From NCBI GenBank assembly GCA_946646575.1, contig CAMPCR010000002.1, forward strand, positions 1,408 to 65,407: a stretch of DNA of 64,000 bases. Direction: 5' to 3'. Below the pieces are notes generated by a model that was given only the letters and a program-made list of their open reading frames with translations, was not told the origin of the DNA and made no database searches. This stretch comes from an uncultured Verrucomicrobiota bacterium. Its GTDB lineage: Bacteria; Verrucomicrobiota; Verrucomicrobiia; Opitutales; UBA9783. A program made the position numbers and the translations under genes. Shown one piece after another: positions 1 to 9,800 of the stretch; within the stretch, counting starts at the first letter, position 1; every line of letters starts with the position of its first letter.

Positions 1-781
1 CGTTTGAAACATAATCGATCCAACCGTTTGTCAGTGAATCAAAATACGGCAATGCGTTCTTTGTATGTGTCCAAACTCCTCTCTGTAAAGCATTGGCGGA
101 AGCCCCGCCGTATCGTACTTCGCAAACATACTGACCCTGTCTATCAACGAAAAGGTAGATTGGATGTTTCCTTCCTTTAATGGCAACGATATTTCCGCTT
201 TTTTCATCAAAGTATTCATTTTTATCGATAAAAAGTATGCGTGTGACGGATTGAAAAGCTTTTGAAAAATCAAAAACCATGATATTACATCTCGCATGAA
301 CTTCGTCGTATATCAGAGGCATGATATTTATGGCGAAAAGTGCAGAAAATGCCTCTGATGTCAAAATGTTTTTGATCACATTTTGTTTTTCGATACATTT
401 CCCGTAATTTTGAAGATATCGAAAGAAGATTTGTTCTTTATCCGTCGAAAGTTGTAGCGGACCATTCCCGTACGCTTTCAGGCTGATTGGTATTCTGACC
501 CCTTTTTGAGTTCCGATAATGCTCTCAACCAGAATATCCTCTTCACAAGTTTTACTTCTGAATAGATTTTTACCGACGTGAGAACTTTTAAAATCGTACA
601 TAAATTGATTGATAAATTCCGAAATTCCGATTTCGGCTAAATCACCATGGGTTTTATTTCCGATCATTCTCATCGAAAATATGTTCGAAAGTGTATTTGT
701 AATTAAACTCGGATTTTTTCCGATAAACAATTTGAAACGATTTTTAAATTCCTCATAAGCAACGTTTGCGGAGATATTCAT
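1..781 (-). CDS. Hypothetical protein, 3' end outside the window (at least 260 codons); possibly a PD-(D/E)xK nuclease / type II restriction-endonuclease-like protein
   Basis: This ORF is absent from the ORF track because no stop lies inside the window. I checked the frame codon by codon from ATG 781-779 down to position 2 and found no stop. The translation runs MNISANVAYEEFKNRFKLFIGKNPS...RIPISLKAYGNGPLQLSTDKE...EVRYGGASANALQRGVWTHTKNALPYFDSLTNGWIDYVSN. It is AT-rich and sits directly beside tRNA-Pro. The nuclease idea rests only on an acidic block followed by a hydrophobic-S-L-K strand, which I recall as resembling MspI/HinP1I-type enzymes. Confidence 0.5.
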   Translation of the reverse strand, partial: MNISANVAYEEFKNRFKLFIGKNPSLITNTLSNIFSMRMIGNKTHGDLAEIGISEFINQFMYDFKSSHVGKNLFRSKTCEEDILVESIIGTQKGVRIPISLKAYGNGPLQLSTDKEQIFFRYLQNYGKCIEKQNVIKNILTSEAFSALFAINIMPLIYDEVHARCNIMVFDFSKAFQSVTRILFIDKNEYFDEKSGNIVAIKGRKHPIYLFVDRQGQYVCEVRYGGASANALQRGVWTHTKNALPYFDSLTNGWIDYVSN

Positions 782-891
782 AATACACGCATTCTGTTAT
801 TTGAATGAGAACGACATTTCTGATGGGTCATAGTAAATGCATCAAAAAAATGCCAGACGCAAAACGACACGACAGTTGTGTGCACGTCCCC

Positions 892-968
892 TGGTCGGGA
901 TGGCCGGATTCGAACCGGCGACACCTAAGTCCCGAACCTAGTGCTCTGCCAGGCTGAGCTACATCCCG
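892..968 (-). tRNA. tRNA-Pro (anticodon CGG)
   Basis: The reverse complement folds as a cloverleaf. Acceptor stem CGGGATG/CATCCCG. D arm GCTC-AGCCTGGCA-GAGC. Anticodon arm CTAGG-TTCGGGA-CTTAG (anticodon CGG, G37). T arm GCCGG-TTCGAAT-CCGGC. Discriminator A and an encoded CCA. Confidence 0.9.
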
Positions 969-996
969 ATATCCTTATCGAGAAAAAAAACGCCTC

Positions 997-1566
997 TCAC
1001 TTCAAGCTTTTTAACGAAAAAATATAACACAGTGCGGCGGCGGCGGCATCGGATTCGTCGGGCGGAAGGACTTTGGGTAAATGTAACAATTGCGCCGCCA
1101 TATGGGAAACCTGGATTTTCGTCGCCTGTCCGAGCCCCGTAACCGCTTTTTTGATGCGCAACGGTGCGAATTCAGAAACCGGCAAATCTTGCAGAGCAAC
1201 CGCCGCCAGGCAGGCACCGCGCGCGGATCCCAGAATGTGCGCCGTTCGGAAATTCTGGACGTAGACGGTTTGTTCAACGGCAACCGCGCGAATTTCGTGT
1301 TCCTCCAAAAGCCGTCGGGTGGTTGAGAAAATTTCCCCCAAACATTCAGTAAAGGAACGGCGCGCCGTCAGTTTGAGCGTCAGCGATGTCACATAATTGA
1401 CGGTGCGCGCATCGGCTTCCAAAACGGCGAACCCGGAGCCGCGCAAACTCGGGTCGATGCCGAGCACTTTGCCGCAAAAGTTTGAACCTTGAATCGCAAA
1501 GGCTTTTTTTTCGGGACGCGACCGCTTCGTCAGGGTATTCGTCCACAGCGCGCGCCGGTTGTTCAT
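997..1566 (-). CDS. ruvC: Crossover junction endodeoxyribonuclease RuvC
   Basis: Contains KVLGIDPSLRGSGFAVLE (the RuvC N-terminal catalytic strand) and is RuvC-like throughout. I trimmed the tracked ORF 997..1668 to ATG 1566, whose ATGA overlaps the stop of the upstream LysM gene. Confidence 0.85.
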   Translation of the reverse strand: MNNRRALWTNTLTKRSRPEKKAFAIQGSNFCGKVLGIDPSLRGSGFAVLEADARTVNYVTSLTLKLTARRSFTECLGEIFSTTRRLLEEHEIRAVAVEQTVYVQNFRTAHILGSARGACLAAVALQDLPVSEFAPLRIKKAVTGLGQATKIQVSHMAAQLLHLPKVLPPDESDAAAAALCYIFSLKSLK

Positions 1567-2291
1567 TGCTTGGCTGCCTTTAAAGCGGGAATGCGCAACT
1601 TCATGCCGATTTTTAAACTGTTCGCCGACGGCAGAATGTCGCGATTTGCCTCGTAAATCAGTTTCCACTTCACCGCCGAACCGTACATTTTCAGGCTGAT
1701 TTTCGAAAGCGAATCGTCATATTGAACAACATAGGTGCGTTCGCCGGACGCTTCCGATGGCGTTGTTGCCGAAATGACGGTGTTCTTTATGGCTTCCTTC
1801 GCCGGTGCATACGATAAGCGCGTCTGTGCCAGTTGCGCCTTTAAACGCGCATTTTCTTCCCGCATCTGCTTCAAAACTTCCGTCAGACGGATGTATTCGG
1901 GCGTTTCGGCGGTGCGATTACCCAACGGCAACGTGCGCGCAAACTCCTTTTTCGCCGTTTCAATCAGCTGCATCGCAATTTTCGAACGCGTACCATCCGT
2001 TGTTTGTGACAGGTAGCGTTGAAAATGATAAATCGCGCCGATCGGATCGCTTTTAACGGACAACTGACCGAGTTGGAAATGCGTTTCCGGGCAGGGTTTC
2101 CTTCTCTCTTCAACGAGGCGATTGAGCAATTGAAAGGCTTCGTCGGTACGATCCGTTCGCAAACACCGCTGCGCCTCCGTGAACAGCGGCTCTTCGATTT
2201 CCGAAAGAGTTTGTTTCGGGTTTTTAAACCAAAAAAGAACCGGAAGCCATCCGATCGCAATGAGCCAAAGCAACCACCGATGCTTCCGCAT
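1563..2291 (-). CDS. Membrane-anchored LysM-domain protein with a helical (TPR-like) middle region
   Basis: N-terminal TM helix WLLWLIAIGWLPVLFWF. C-terminal LysM signature TYVVQYDDSLSKISLKMYG..WKLIYEANRDIL...LKIGMKLRIP. Confidence 0.75.
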   Translation of the reverse strand: MRKHRWLLWLIAIGWLPVLFWFKNPKQTLSEIEEPLFTEAQRCLRTDRTDEAFQLLNRLVEERRKPCPETHFQLGQLSVKSDPIGAIYHFQRYLSQTTDGTRSKIAMQLIETAKKEFARTLPLGNRTAETPEYIRLTEVLKQMREENARLKAQLAQTRLSYAPAKEAIKNTVISATTPSEASGERTYVVQYDDSLSKISLKMYGSAVKWKLIYEANRDILPSANSLKIGMKLRIPALKAAKQ

Positions 2292-2469
2292 GCAATTATT
2301 ATTGCAGGATTTTAAAACGGAGCAAGGGGAAAGGGTGCGGGGGCTTTTGCATTATCCGATGTGTTACAACGAAGGTTGGACAACGGCATGGAGGTCGAAG
2401 AAAATTCAATACCGTAAACCGACCCAAAATTACTTTCGACGGTTCACGATTGTCAATCTTTACAAACCT

Positions 2470-3246
2470 TTAAAAGCAATCCGCTTTCATTTCAACCTCC
2501 ACGGGCGCATGGTCGGAGCCGAGTATGTCGGATAAAATTTTGCAGGATGCAATCGACGGCAACAATTGTTTCGAAGCGAGAAAGTAATCAATTCTCCAGC
2601 CGATGTTGCGTTCCCGCGCCCGCATGCGGTACGACCACCAGGTGTAACAATGCGGCGTTTTCGGGTAAAAATATCGGAATACATCGGTAAAACCCGCATC
2701 GAGATGTTCCGCGAACGACTGCCGCTCTTCATCGGTAAATCCGGCACTGAAGTGATTGGCATCAGGATAAGAGAGATCGATAGGCTGATGTGCGACATTC
2801 AAGTCTCCGCACCAAAGTACGGGCTTGGTCGTTTGCAGTTTTTTGACCAACAAGCGAACGGTCGCATCCCATACTTTTATGCGATAAGGAAGCCGTCGCA
2901 GATCACCCTGGGAATTCGGGACGTAGGTATTGACCAAAAAGAATTTCTTGAACTCAGTTACCAAAATGCGTCCCTCGGGATGTTCCGCATCCGCATCGAG
3001 ACAACGCACCGAAAGCGGTTCGATATCGGAAAAAATCGCCGTCCCGGCATACCCTTTTTTGGCGGTGCTGTGATTGAAATATATATATTTGAAACCTTCG
3101 ATTTGCGGGCAGGTTTCGGCATCGACGCGCGTCTCCTGCAGACAAAGAATGTTCGGTTTTTGTTGTGCCGCGAATGTGTAAAAATTCTTCCGTAAAATCG
3201 AACGCAGACCGTTCACGTTCCACGTCACAATTTTGACGGGTTCCAT
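2470..3246 (-). CDS. xth: Exodeoxyribonuclease III (AP endonuclease family)
   Basis: Contains MEPVKIVTWNVNGLRS, LCLQETR, WCGDLNVAH and C-terminal GSDHAPV. I rejected the long 5' extension of tracked ORF 2470..3573 because it overlaps the upstream lipoprotein ORF. The ATG at 3246-3244 was verified. Confidence 0.9.
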   Translation of the reverse strand: MEPVKIVTWNVNGLRSILRKNFYTFAAQQKPNILCLQETRVDAETCPQIEGFKYIYFNHSTAKKGYAGTAIFSDIEPLSVRCLDADAEHPEGRILVTEFKKFFLVNTYVPNSQGDLRRLPYRIKVWDATVRLLVKKLQTTKPVLWCGDLNVAHQPIDLSYPDANHFSAGFTDEERQSFAEHLDAGFTDVFRYFYPKTPHCYTWWSYRMRARERNIGWRIDYFLASKQLLPSIASCKILSDILGSDHAPVEVEMKADCF

Positions 3247-3488
3247 CAGTAACTGATGCCGGGCGCGAGCGGCATCTCCGTTTCCCAATCGGCGGGACGC
3301 CCCCACGGCAATTCCGAATCGTCCAGTTCGCGGGTGTGAGATTTTTTTTTGTCCTTCGTATGCTCGACTTTGTCCGCTTCCGCGAGTTGCATCGCCGACC
3401 GACGGTCGACCTTTGAAGAAGTTGTTTGACCGCAACCGCCGCCGATAAGCAGGAAGACGAAAAGAAAACGTTGTAAAAATTTTCCCAT
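3246..3488 (-). CDS. Small putative lipoprotein
   Basis: 80 aa with a signal peptide, a lipobox-like LLIGGGC and a charged tail. Its stop overlaps the xth start (TGATG). Confidence 0.5.
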   Translation of the reverse strand: MGKFLQRFLFVFLLIGGGCGQTTSSKVDRRSAMQLAEADKVEHTKDKKKSHTRELDDSELPWGRPADWETEMPLAPGISY

Positions 3489-3632
3489 AAACCATCACAA
3501 ATCCACGCCCGCTCGAACCGCTACGTACGGTCGTCCGTCCGAACAGCGATGGAGGTTCTGTGCAGAGCCGCACCCGCTCAACAAAGGCAACGTCAAGAGT
3601 GCAAACAGTCGCACTGCAACAACCATCTGCGC

Positions 3633-5189
3633 TCAGGATAAACCATAGGTGCTTTGCGTCAAGGGTGAAGCGGTATGACGAACAATGCGTTCGTTGGCGG
3701 CAAGGTATTCCAGAATTTTGAAAACATCCTCCGCATTCGAAACTTTCAGGGCATCTGCCAATGCTTCGACCGAAAAGGTTTCCGTACGATGTTCCGAAAG
3801 ATACGAAATAAGGCTTTTTTGCAGTTCCAAATAACGTTTTGCGGCTTTTTTGCCGGCTTCCACGCCCGGCTGATGGTAAGCGTTGATATGAATAAAGCTC
3901 GCGTAAAACCCGACAGCGCGCTCGAACAGCGCCACCAGCGCACCGAGCGATCGTTCATTTAATTCTTTTAGCGTAATCGTAATCGACGGTCGTTGTACGT
4001 CCGACAGTGCCGCACGCGTTCCGAGAAAGAAACCTTCGAGGAAATCGCCGCTCGTCAATTCCGGCTCGACTTCCACCGAGGACAGTCGGCTCGATTTTTG
4101 CACCTCGATAAACGTCACGAACGCATCCTCCAAACCGTCGCGCAGTTGTTGAACATAGGCGTGTTGGTCGGTGGAGCCTTTGTTGCCGTACACCGTCAGT
4201 CCCTGATGCACAACATTACCATCGAGGTCGAGCTTCTTCCCGAGCGACTCCATGACGAGCTGTTGCAGGTATTTCGGGAACAAAACAAGCGCATCCCTGT
4301 ACGGCAAAACAACCATGTTGCGTCTGCCGTGACCGTCCGTGCAGGCATGCCACGAAAGAGCCAACATCAGTGCAGGATTACGAAAAACATCCGTTTCGCG
4401 CGTGGATATATCCATTTCGGCAGCTCCTTTTAACAATTCTTCCGTTGAAATCCCCTGCAACGCTGCCGGCAACAGCCCGACATTGGAAAAGAGACTGGTG
4501 CGCCCGCCGACCCAATCCCACATGGGAAATCGTGCCAGCCATTGTTCTTCCGACGCTAATCGATCCAAAGCACTGCCTTCGCAGGTAACGGCAACCGCCT
4601 GCGGTGCAAACGGAAGATTTTTTCTACGAAAAACATCGCGCACTTCCGCCAAACCGTTGCGCGGTTCCGGCGTACTTCCGGATTTGGACGTTACCATCAC
4701 AAGCGTTTGTTCCAATTCCGGATCCAAGCGACGCAAAACGCGTCCGATGCCATCCGGATCTGTATTGTCGATAAAGAACGGTTGCAACCCGTCACGTTCC
4801 GCCCCGAGGGCGTCGCTCAATAACTGCGGACCCAGTGCCGAACCGCCGATGCCGATACACAGCAGATTTTTGAAGATTTTCCCATCTTTGGCGTTTAAAA
4901 CATGTTCGACAAAATCTTTCCGCTTTTGCTCGTTTTCCCGCAATTCATCGCGGATATCTTCGTTCGGCGCCAACGCGTGATTTCGCAACCAGTAATGCCC
5001 GACCATCCGATGCTCATCGGGATTGGCGATGCCGCCCGCTTCCAGCGCGGACATGTCTTGTAATGCCCGAGCGATTTTCGGTTGCATCGCTTCGAAAAAC
5101 GAAGATGCAAACGGGACCTTGGTCGTATCTAAAGAGATGTCGAGCGGTGGGAGATGGAGGAAGTGTTGTTGGTAGTGGGGGAGGGACAT
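3633..5189 (-). CDS. pgi: Glucose-6-phosphate isomerase
   Basis: 518 aa, PGI-like throughout: IGIGGSALGPQ, VTSKSGSTPEP, GGRTSLFSNVGLLP. Confidence 0.9.
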   Translation of the reverse strand: MSLPHYQQHFLHLPPLDISLDTTKVPFASSFFEAMQPKIARALQDMSALEAGGIANPDEHRMVGHYWLRNHALAPNEDIRDELRENEQKRKDFVEHVLNAKDGKIFKNLLCIGIGGSALGPQLLSDALGAERDGLQPFFIDNTDPDGIGRVLRRLDPELEQTLVMVTSKSGSTPEPRNGLAEVRDVFRRKNLPFAPQAVAVTCEGSALDRLASEEQWLARFPMWDWVGGRTSLFSNVGLLPAALQGISTEELLKGAAEMDISTRETDVFRNPALMLALSWHACTDGHGRRNMVVLPYRDALVLFPKYLQQLVMESLGKKLDLDGNVVHQGLTVYGNKGSTDQHAYVQQLRDGLEDAFVTFIEVQKSSRLSSVEVEPELTSGDFLEGFFLGTRAALSDVQRPSITITLKELNERSLGALVALFERAVGFYASFIHINAYHQPGVEAGKKAAKRYLELQKSLISYLSEHRTETFSVEALADALKVSNAEDVFKILEYLAANERIVRHTASPLTQSTYGLS

Positions 5190-5318
5190 AGAGGGTTAGG
5201 TACCAAATACAAATGAGGGCGAAACAAGATACAACCGCATAATATTATTATACCACATGGAGGCAAAATTGTAAGAATTATTGCTGTTTCTGTCGGTTTC
5301 ACGAGAAGTGTTGGATTT

Positions 5319-6599
5319 CTACAACACCACCCCTTCCTCCACAACTCCGCCTTTTTCGATCACCAAAATACCGTCTTTGACGTAAATCGGACCTTGATGA
5401 AAGCCGTTCGGTTTGCCTTCCGGCGAAAGGCGGACGTTGTTGCCGATGCGCACATTGCGGTCGATAACGGCGTTGCGAATGTAGCAGTTTTCACCGATGC
5501 CCATGCCGATTTTTTCGGAAGTCGTCGGGTTCACGGCGGGGTGTTCGTAATGGTCGGCGCCCATCAGATAAACGTTTTCCAACTGCGTTCCGCCGCGGAT
5601 AATCGACCGAATGCCGATGACGCAGCGGTTGAGGCGCACATCGGTGAGGATACTGCCGTCGGCGATAATCGAATGTTCGACGGTGCAACGGTTCAGTTTG
5701 GAAGCCGCCAAATGGCGCGGTTTGGAAAAGATCGGTGCCAATTCGTTGTAAAAATCAAATGCCGGCAGCGGATCGGTCAGCATTAGATTGGCTTCGAAGA
5801 ACGACGGAATGGTTCCGATATCCGCCCAATAGCCGTTAAAAAGGTAGCCGTACAGACGGAAACGATTCAGTGCCGTCGGAATAATATCTTTGCCGAAGTC
5901 GTGCAAATTCGACGCCAGGCAGGTTTTTAAGACGCCCGCTTTGAAGGCGTAAATGCCCATGGACGCCAAGCAGTACGGTTGGTCGCTCGGATCGTTGACG
6001 CCGGCGCGCAGATGGTCGCAAAGATGCAGTTCGCGGATGAGTTCTTCGTGTTGCGGTTTTTCGACGAAACGCCGAATGTGCCAATCGTCCGCCACATCCA
6101 TGATGCCGAACGCGGATGCCTGTGATGCGGGGACGGCTTTGGCGGCGACGGTAATGTCGGCGTGCGTATTTAAGTGATGCTTTACGAAGGCGGCGAGATC
6201 CATGCGATAGAGCTGGTCGCCGGACAAAATAAGCACCGTTTGTTCGTCCTCCAGCGGAATGTGAATGAGATTTTGCCGAACGGCATCGGCGGTTCCGCGG
6301 TACCAATCGTCATTTAAAGCGGTTTGTTCCGCCGACAACACTTCCACAAAACCTCCCGAAAAGTGGTCAAAGCGATAAGCCTGTCGAATGTGTCGATGGA
6401 GGGATTCGGTGTTGAATTGCGTCAGGAGATAGATTTGATTGTATCCGGCGTGCAGGCAGTTGCTGATGGGAATATCCACCAAACGGTATTTGCCGCCCAA
6501 CGGAACGGCGGGTTTGCAACGCACCTTCGTCAGCGGTTCGAGCCGCGTTCCGCGACCGCCTCCCATAATAATACAGACAACATTTGACGGACGACACAT
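5319..6599 (-). CDS. glgC: Glucose-1-phosphate adenylyltransferase
   Basis: Contains CIIMGGGRGTRLEPLT (nucleotide-binding loop) and WYRGTADAV. The C-terminal region has hexapeptide-repeat (left-handed beta-helix) character. Confidence 0.9.
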   Translation of the reverse strand: MCRPSNVVCIIMGGGRGTRLEPLTKVRCKPAVPLGGKYRLVDIPISNCLHAGYNQIYLLTQFNTESLHRHIRQAYRFDHFSGGFVEVLSAEQTALNDDWYRGTADAVRQNLIHIPLEDEQTVLILSGDQLYRMDLAAFVKHHLNTHADITVAAKAVPASQASAFGIMDVADDWHIRRFVEKPQHEELIRELHLCDHLRAGVNDPSDQPYCLASMGIYAFKAGVLKTCLASNLHDFGKDIIPTALNRFRLYGYLFNGYWADIGTIPSFFEANLMLTDPLPAFDFYNELAPIFSKPRHLAASKLNRCTVEHSIIADGSILTDVRLNRCVIGIRSIIRGGTQLENVYLMGADHYEHPAVNPTTSEKIGMGIGENCYIRNAVIDRNVRIGNNVRLSPEGKPNGFHQGPIYVKDGILVIEKGGVVEEGVVL

Positions 6600-6837
6600 A
6601 GGTATTTTTTTCCTTTTAACGGCAACGGAATGCGCACGAACGGTACTGCGATGCGACGGTTCCGAACGGCGACGGATGCAAATTCAGTATATAAAAAAGT
6701 CCCACAGGCGGCAAGCCTTTAACGTGCTTGAGCGATGGGAAGCGGTTTCCGAACAATCAGATGTTTCGAAACATGTAAAAACAGTACATATCGCATTTAA
6801 GTTGCAAAAATTTTCTTTTTTGCTTTTACTTTAGAGG

Positions 6838-9800
6838 ATGTGTAAATATTTCAAAATATACGCTGTCCTTCTGGCAGCTTTGGGATGCGGTCGCGCATGG
6901 TGCGATGTTCATTTTTTCTGCACACAGTGTAACTGTGGCGTCAACTGGAAGGAGTGGGGAAGCCATGCGGCGAAAAACCATGCGGGTAAGTATAAGAAGC
7001 CGTTCTTTTTGTGGTGCCCTTCTTCGAACTGTAAGTGTCCTTTGGCACCTGTTTCACCCTTGAAAATTGGCGGTCAAACGGTAGAGTGTGCCGATAGGCA
7101 TGTGCGTAAACACGGGGATAAGTATATCACATATGATCTTTGGTGTACAAAATGCAACATGGTTGTTCCGAGACATCTTTGGGAGATGCATTTGATACGA
7201 GTGCATCCGGACGTTGGTGGATTATACCAGGTTTTTTGTCCTTGTGGCAAGGAGAAGTCTTCCCAAAAAAAGGAAGACCAGTTTTTTGATAAGTCTGAGC
7301 CATCCGAATCGAGTGGATGTTTGCAGGGTTCTATAGAGTTTTATACCGTGTCTTCCGGCACACAGAGCGGGAATTTCGATGCCTTTGAAGGTGAGGGTGA
7401 CAATTCCGGATGGGTATGCTCGTGTTCGAGCACATACACTCAGGAAGATCAGTTGATTTGTAAGGAGTGCAAGAAGGATTGTAAGGAGTGCAAGAAGGAT
7501 TGTAAGGAGTGCGGGAAGGATTGTAAGGAGTGCAAGAAGGATGGTAAGGAGTGCGAGAAGGATTGTAAGGAGTGCGGGAAGGATGGTAAGGAGTGCAAGA
7601 AGGATGGTAAGGAGTGCAAGAAGGATGGTAAGGAGTGCAAGAAGGATGGTAAGGAGTGCGAGAAGGATGGTAAGGAGTGCGGGAAGGATGGTAAGGAGTG
7701 CGAGAAGGATGGTAAGGAGTGCGAGAAGGATTGTAAGGAGTGCGGGAAGGATAGAATCCCGTCCTATCTTGGGCTCGAGCACCTGTTTGCGAAACATAAA
7801 GACAAGGTGAAGGACTATTTGCCACAGTACGAATTTTATTGCAAAGAATGCAAAAAAACCTTCAAGACGGCACAGAAATGGGGCAGTCATGTGTTCAAGT
7901 GCTCGGGACGTTTGGAAAAAGAAGGTGAATGGAAGGTATTTTACTGTCCGTTGTGCGGGGAAAATCCGAAAACATTTTATGAAAAACACGCAGCCGAATC
8001 CCATCCGGAGCAGTGCATATATTGTTTCGAAAAGATTCAGAGTGAAAAATTACGTGAGGAGCATATGAAAGAAGCGCATAGAATTTTCTGTCCGTTTTGT
8101 AATCAGGATCAATTTGAAGTGCCGCTTGCGGTTCACATCGTGAGGGCGCATGAGATATGGGAAGGTCCCTGTCCCTGGGACAGGCGTCGTGAGGTTCGTT
8201 GTAAATGGTGTCCTCCCGGTTTAGGCGGTTTCAGAAGTTTTTACGCTGATGAAGCAATACAAGGCCGAAAAATGATACTGTATCACTTCATGCAAAAACA
8301 CACTTCGCAAATAAAAGAACTATACTGGAATCCCAATGGCTTGTACCGATTTATCGTCCAGCAAAAACTATACAATACGCAAAGCGTAGAGCCGTGTAAG
8401 AGTTTATACTTTCGGTATTCGGGATTGTGTGTCCTGAATGGGCATAGTAGTCATCCATCGCTAGACTGTGGGGGGTGTCCATATTGCAAAAGTCTGGTGA
8501 TACCAAAGAATAACGACCAGAAATGGTACACAAAAATTGAAGCAGCAAAGGAACATTGGAAGCTGTTTCACGCAGGCATGAAATATTGCCGGTCTTGCAA
8601 CTCTATTCATCAGGAAAAGGACTATGACAACCATTTATTGTCGTCGGAACACAGCGATAAATGTGAACCGCAAGCGGCATATGTAAAATGCCCGGACTGT
8701 CCTAAGGCGGTTTTGATGGAGGATTTGTATCACGGAGAGAAGAAACACGGCAAGGGATTTGTTTTTTGTACCGAATGCAAACGCTGGGGAACAGGGAGTT
8801 GTCCGGGTTGCGGGAAATGGGTGCTTGATGAGTGTGAGGAATGCCAGCAACGGATCTGCGGAACGTGTCCGCAGTGCGAGAAGAAGGCATTCGGATCCTG
8901 TTCCGAGTGCCAGCAATATGTGACAGGGGAGTGCTCCGAATGTAAGAAGGAAGTGAACGGAAAGTGTCCGACGTGTGTCACGAAAGTGTTGGGAAAATGC
9001 CCGGTTTGCGGGAACGAGGTAACCGGTTACTGTAGTCGATGTAAGCAACGGGTTGTCGGGAAATGTTCCGTGTGTGGTAGTAACTGTGCCTCGGGGGTCT
9101 GTTCGAACTGTAAACAAAAAGTAGGGAGTATCCCAAGGGGCTATATAGCTTTTGAATCCCATATGAGGGAGAAACACAACAAGAAGTTGCAAGATAAACA
9201 ACCGGCTAAACAAGCGGCTGAGAAGCTACGCGAGCAGGCAGAAACGTTCAAAGACGATAAGGATTTTCGTTGGTGTGAGGAATGCGGTGTTCACGTTTGT
9301 AACGAAGACAAAGATCGCATAGCCCATTGCAGGGACCGGCATAAAGGTTCCCGTAACGGGTGGTGCGAGCTTTGCAGGTGGGATTTTGATGGTACACTCA
9401 GCGATCATTTGGTGAGAAAACATTCGAAGGAGGTGCAACGTTGCAAGTGCGGTTTGTATGTTTTCAAAGATTTGGATAAACGGCATTTGGCGCGTCACAC
9501 ATGCTACTGCATCCAATGCAGGAAGGATGTACCGTTTGAACATATGAACAAGGCGCATAACTGTACTCCGAAGTGCAAGCCGATTGCGAATTACGGAGAA
9601 CTTGTATGGGACATTCAGCACGACGAACAATGCCAGGACCGTCACTGGTTTATGTGTAATTTCCTTGTCTGTGACTTTAGAGGGTCAAGTGATGACGCGT
9701 TTAGGCAGCATATCATGGAAGCTCACGGATGTACGGAAGATTGCAAGTATGAACGGAACGGTTACCAGTTTAAAATTACACATTGCGGTTGTATGTATGA

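Noticed and set aside
2470-3573. 5' extensions of tracked ORFs. Examples: xth to 3573, ruvC to 1668, frr to 32765, rpmB to 29841, tgt to 42674, gyrB to 35452, the coiled-coil genes to 35573 and 40554, and paralog 2 to 17119.
   Set aside because: The extensions overlap upstream genes or divergent gene starts, and they lack family similarity. Internal ATGs coincide with the conserved N-termini or with translational-coupling overlaps.
7462-7755. A possible CRISPR array, because of the regularly spaced short repeats.
   Set aside because: The units are directly adjacent with no spacers. They are only 21 bp long and lie in frame inside a long ORF. No cas genes are present in the window.
7222-8004. 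Long minus-strand ORFs (7222..8004, 7331..7825, 7449..7640) and the plus-strand alternative-frame ORF 7541..7810, which give L/T/P-rich or MVRSARR-repeat translations.
   Set aside because: They are artefacts of the 21-bp (triplet-phased) tandem repeat, which keeps every frame open. The coding frame is the 6838..10269 ORF, which continues for kilobases on both sides.
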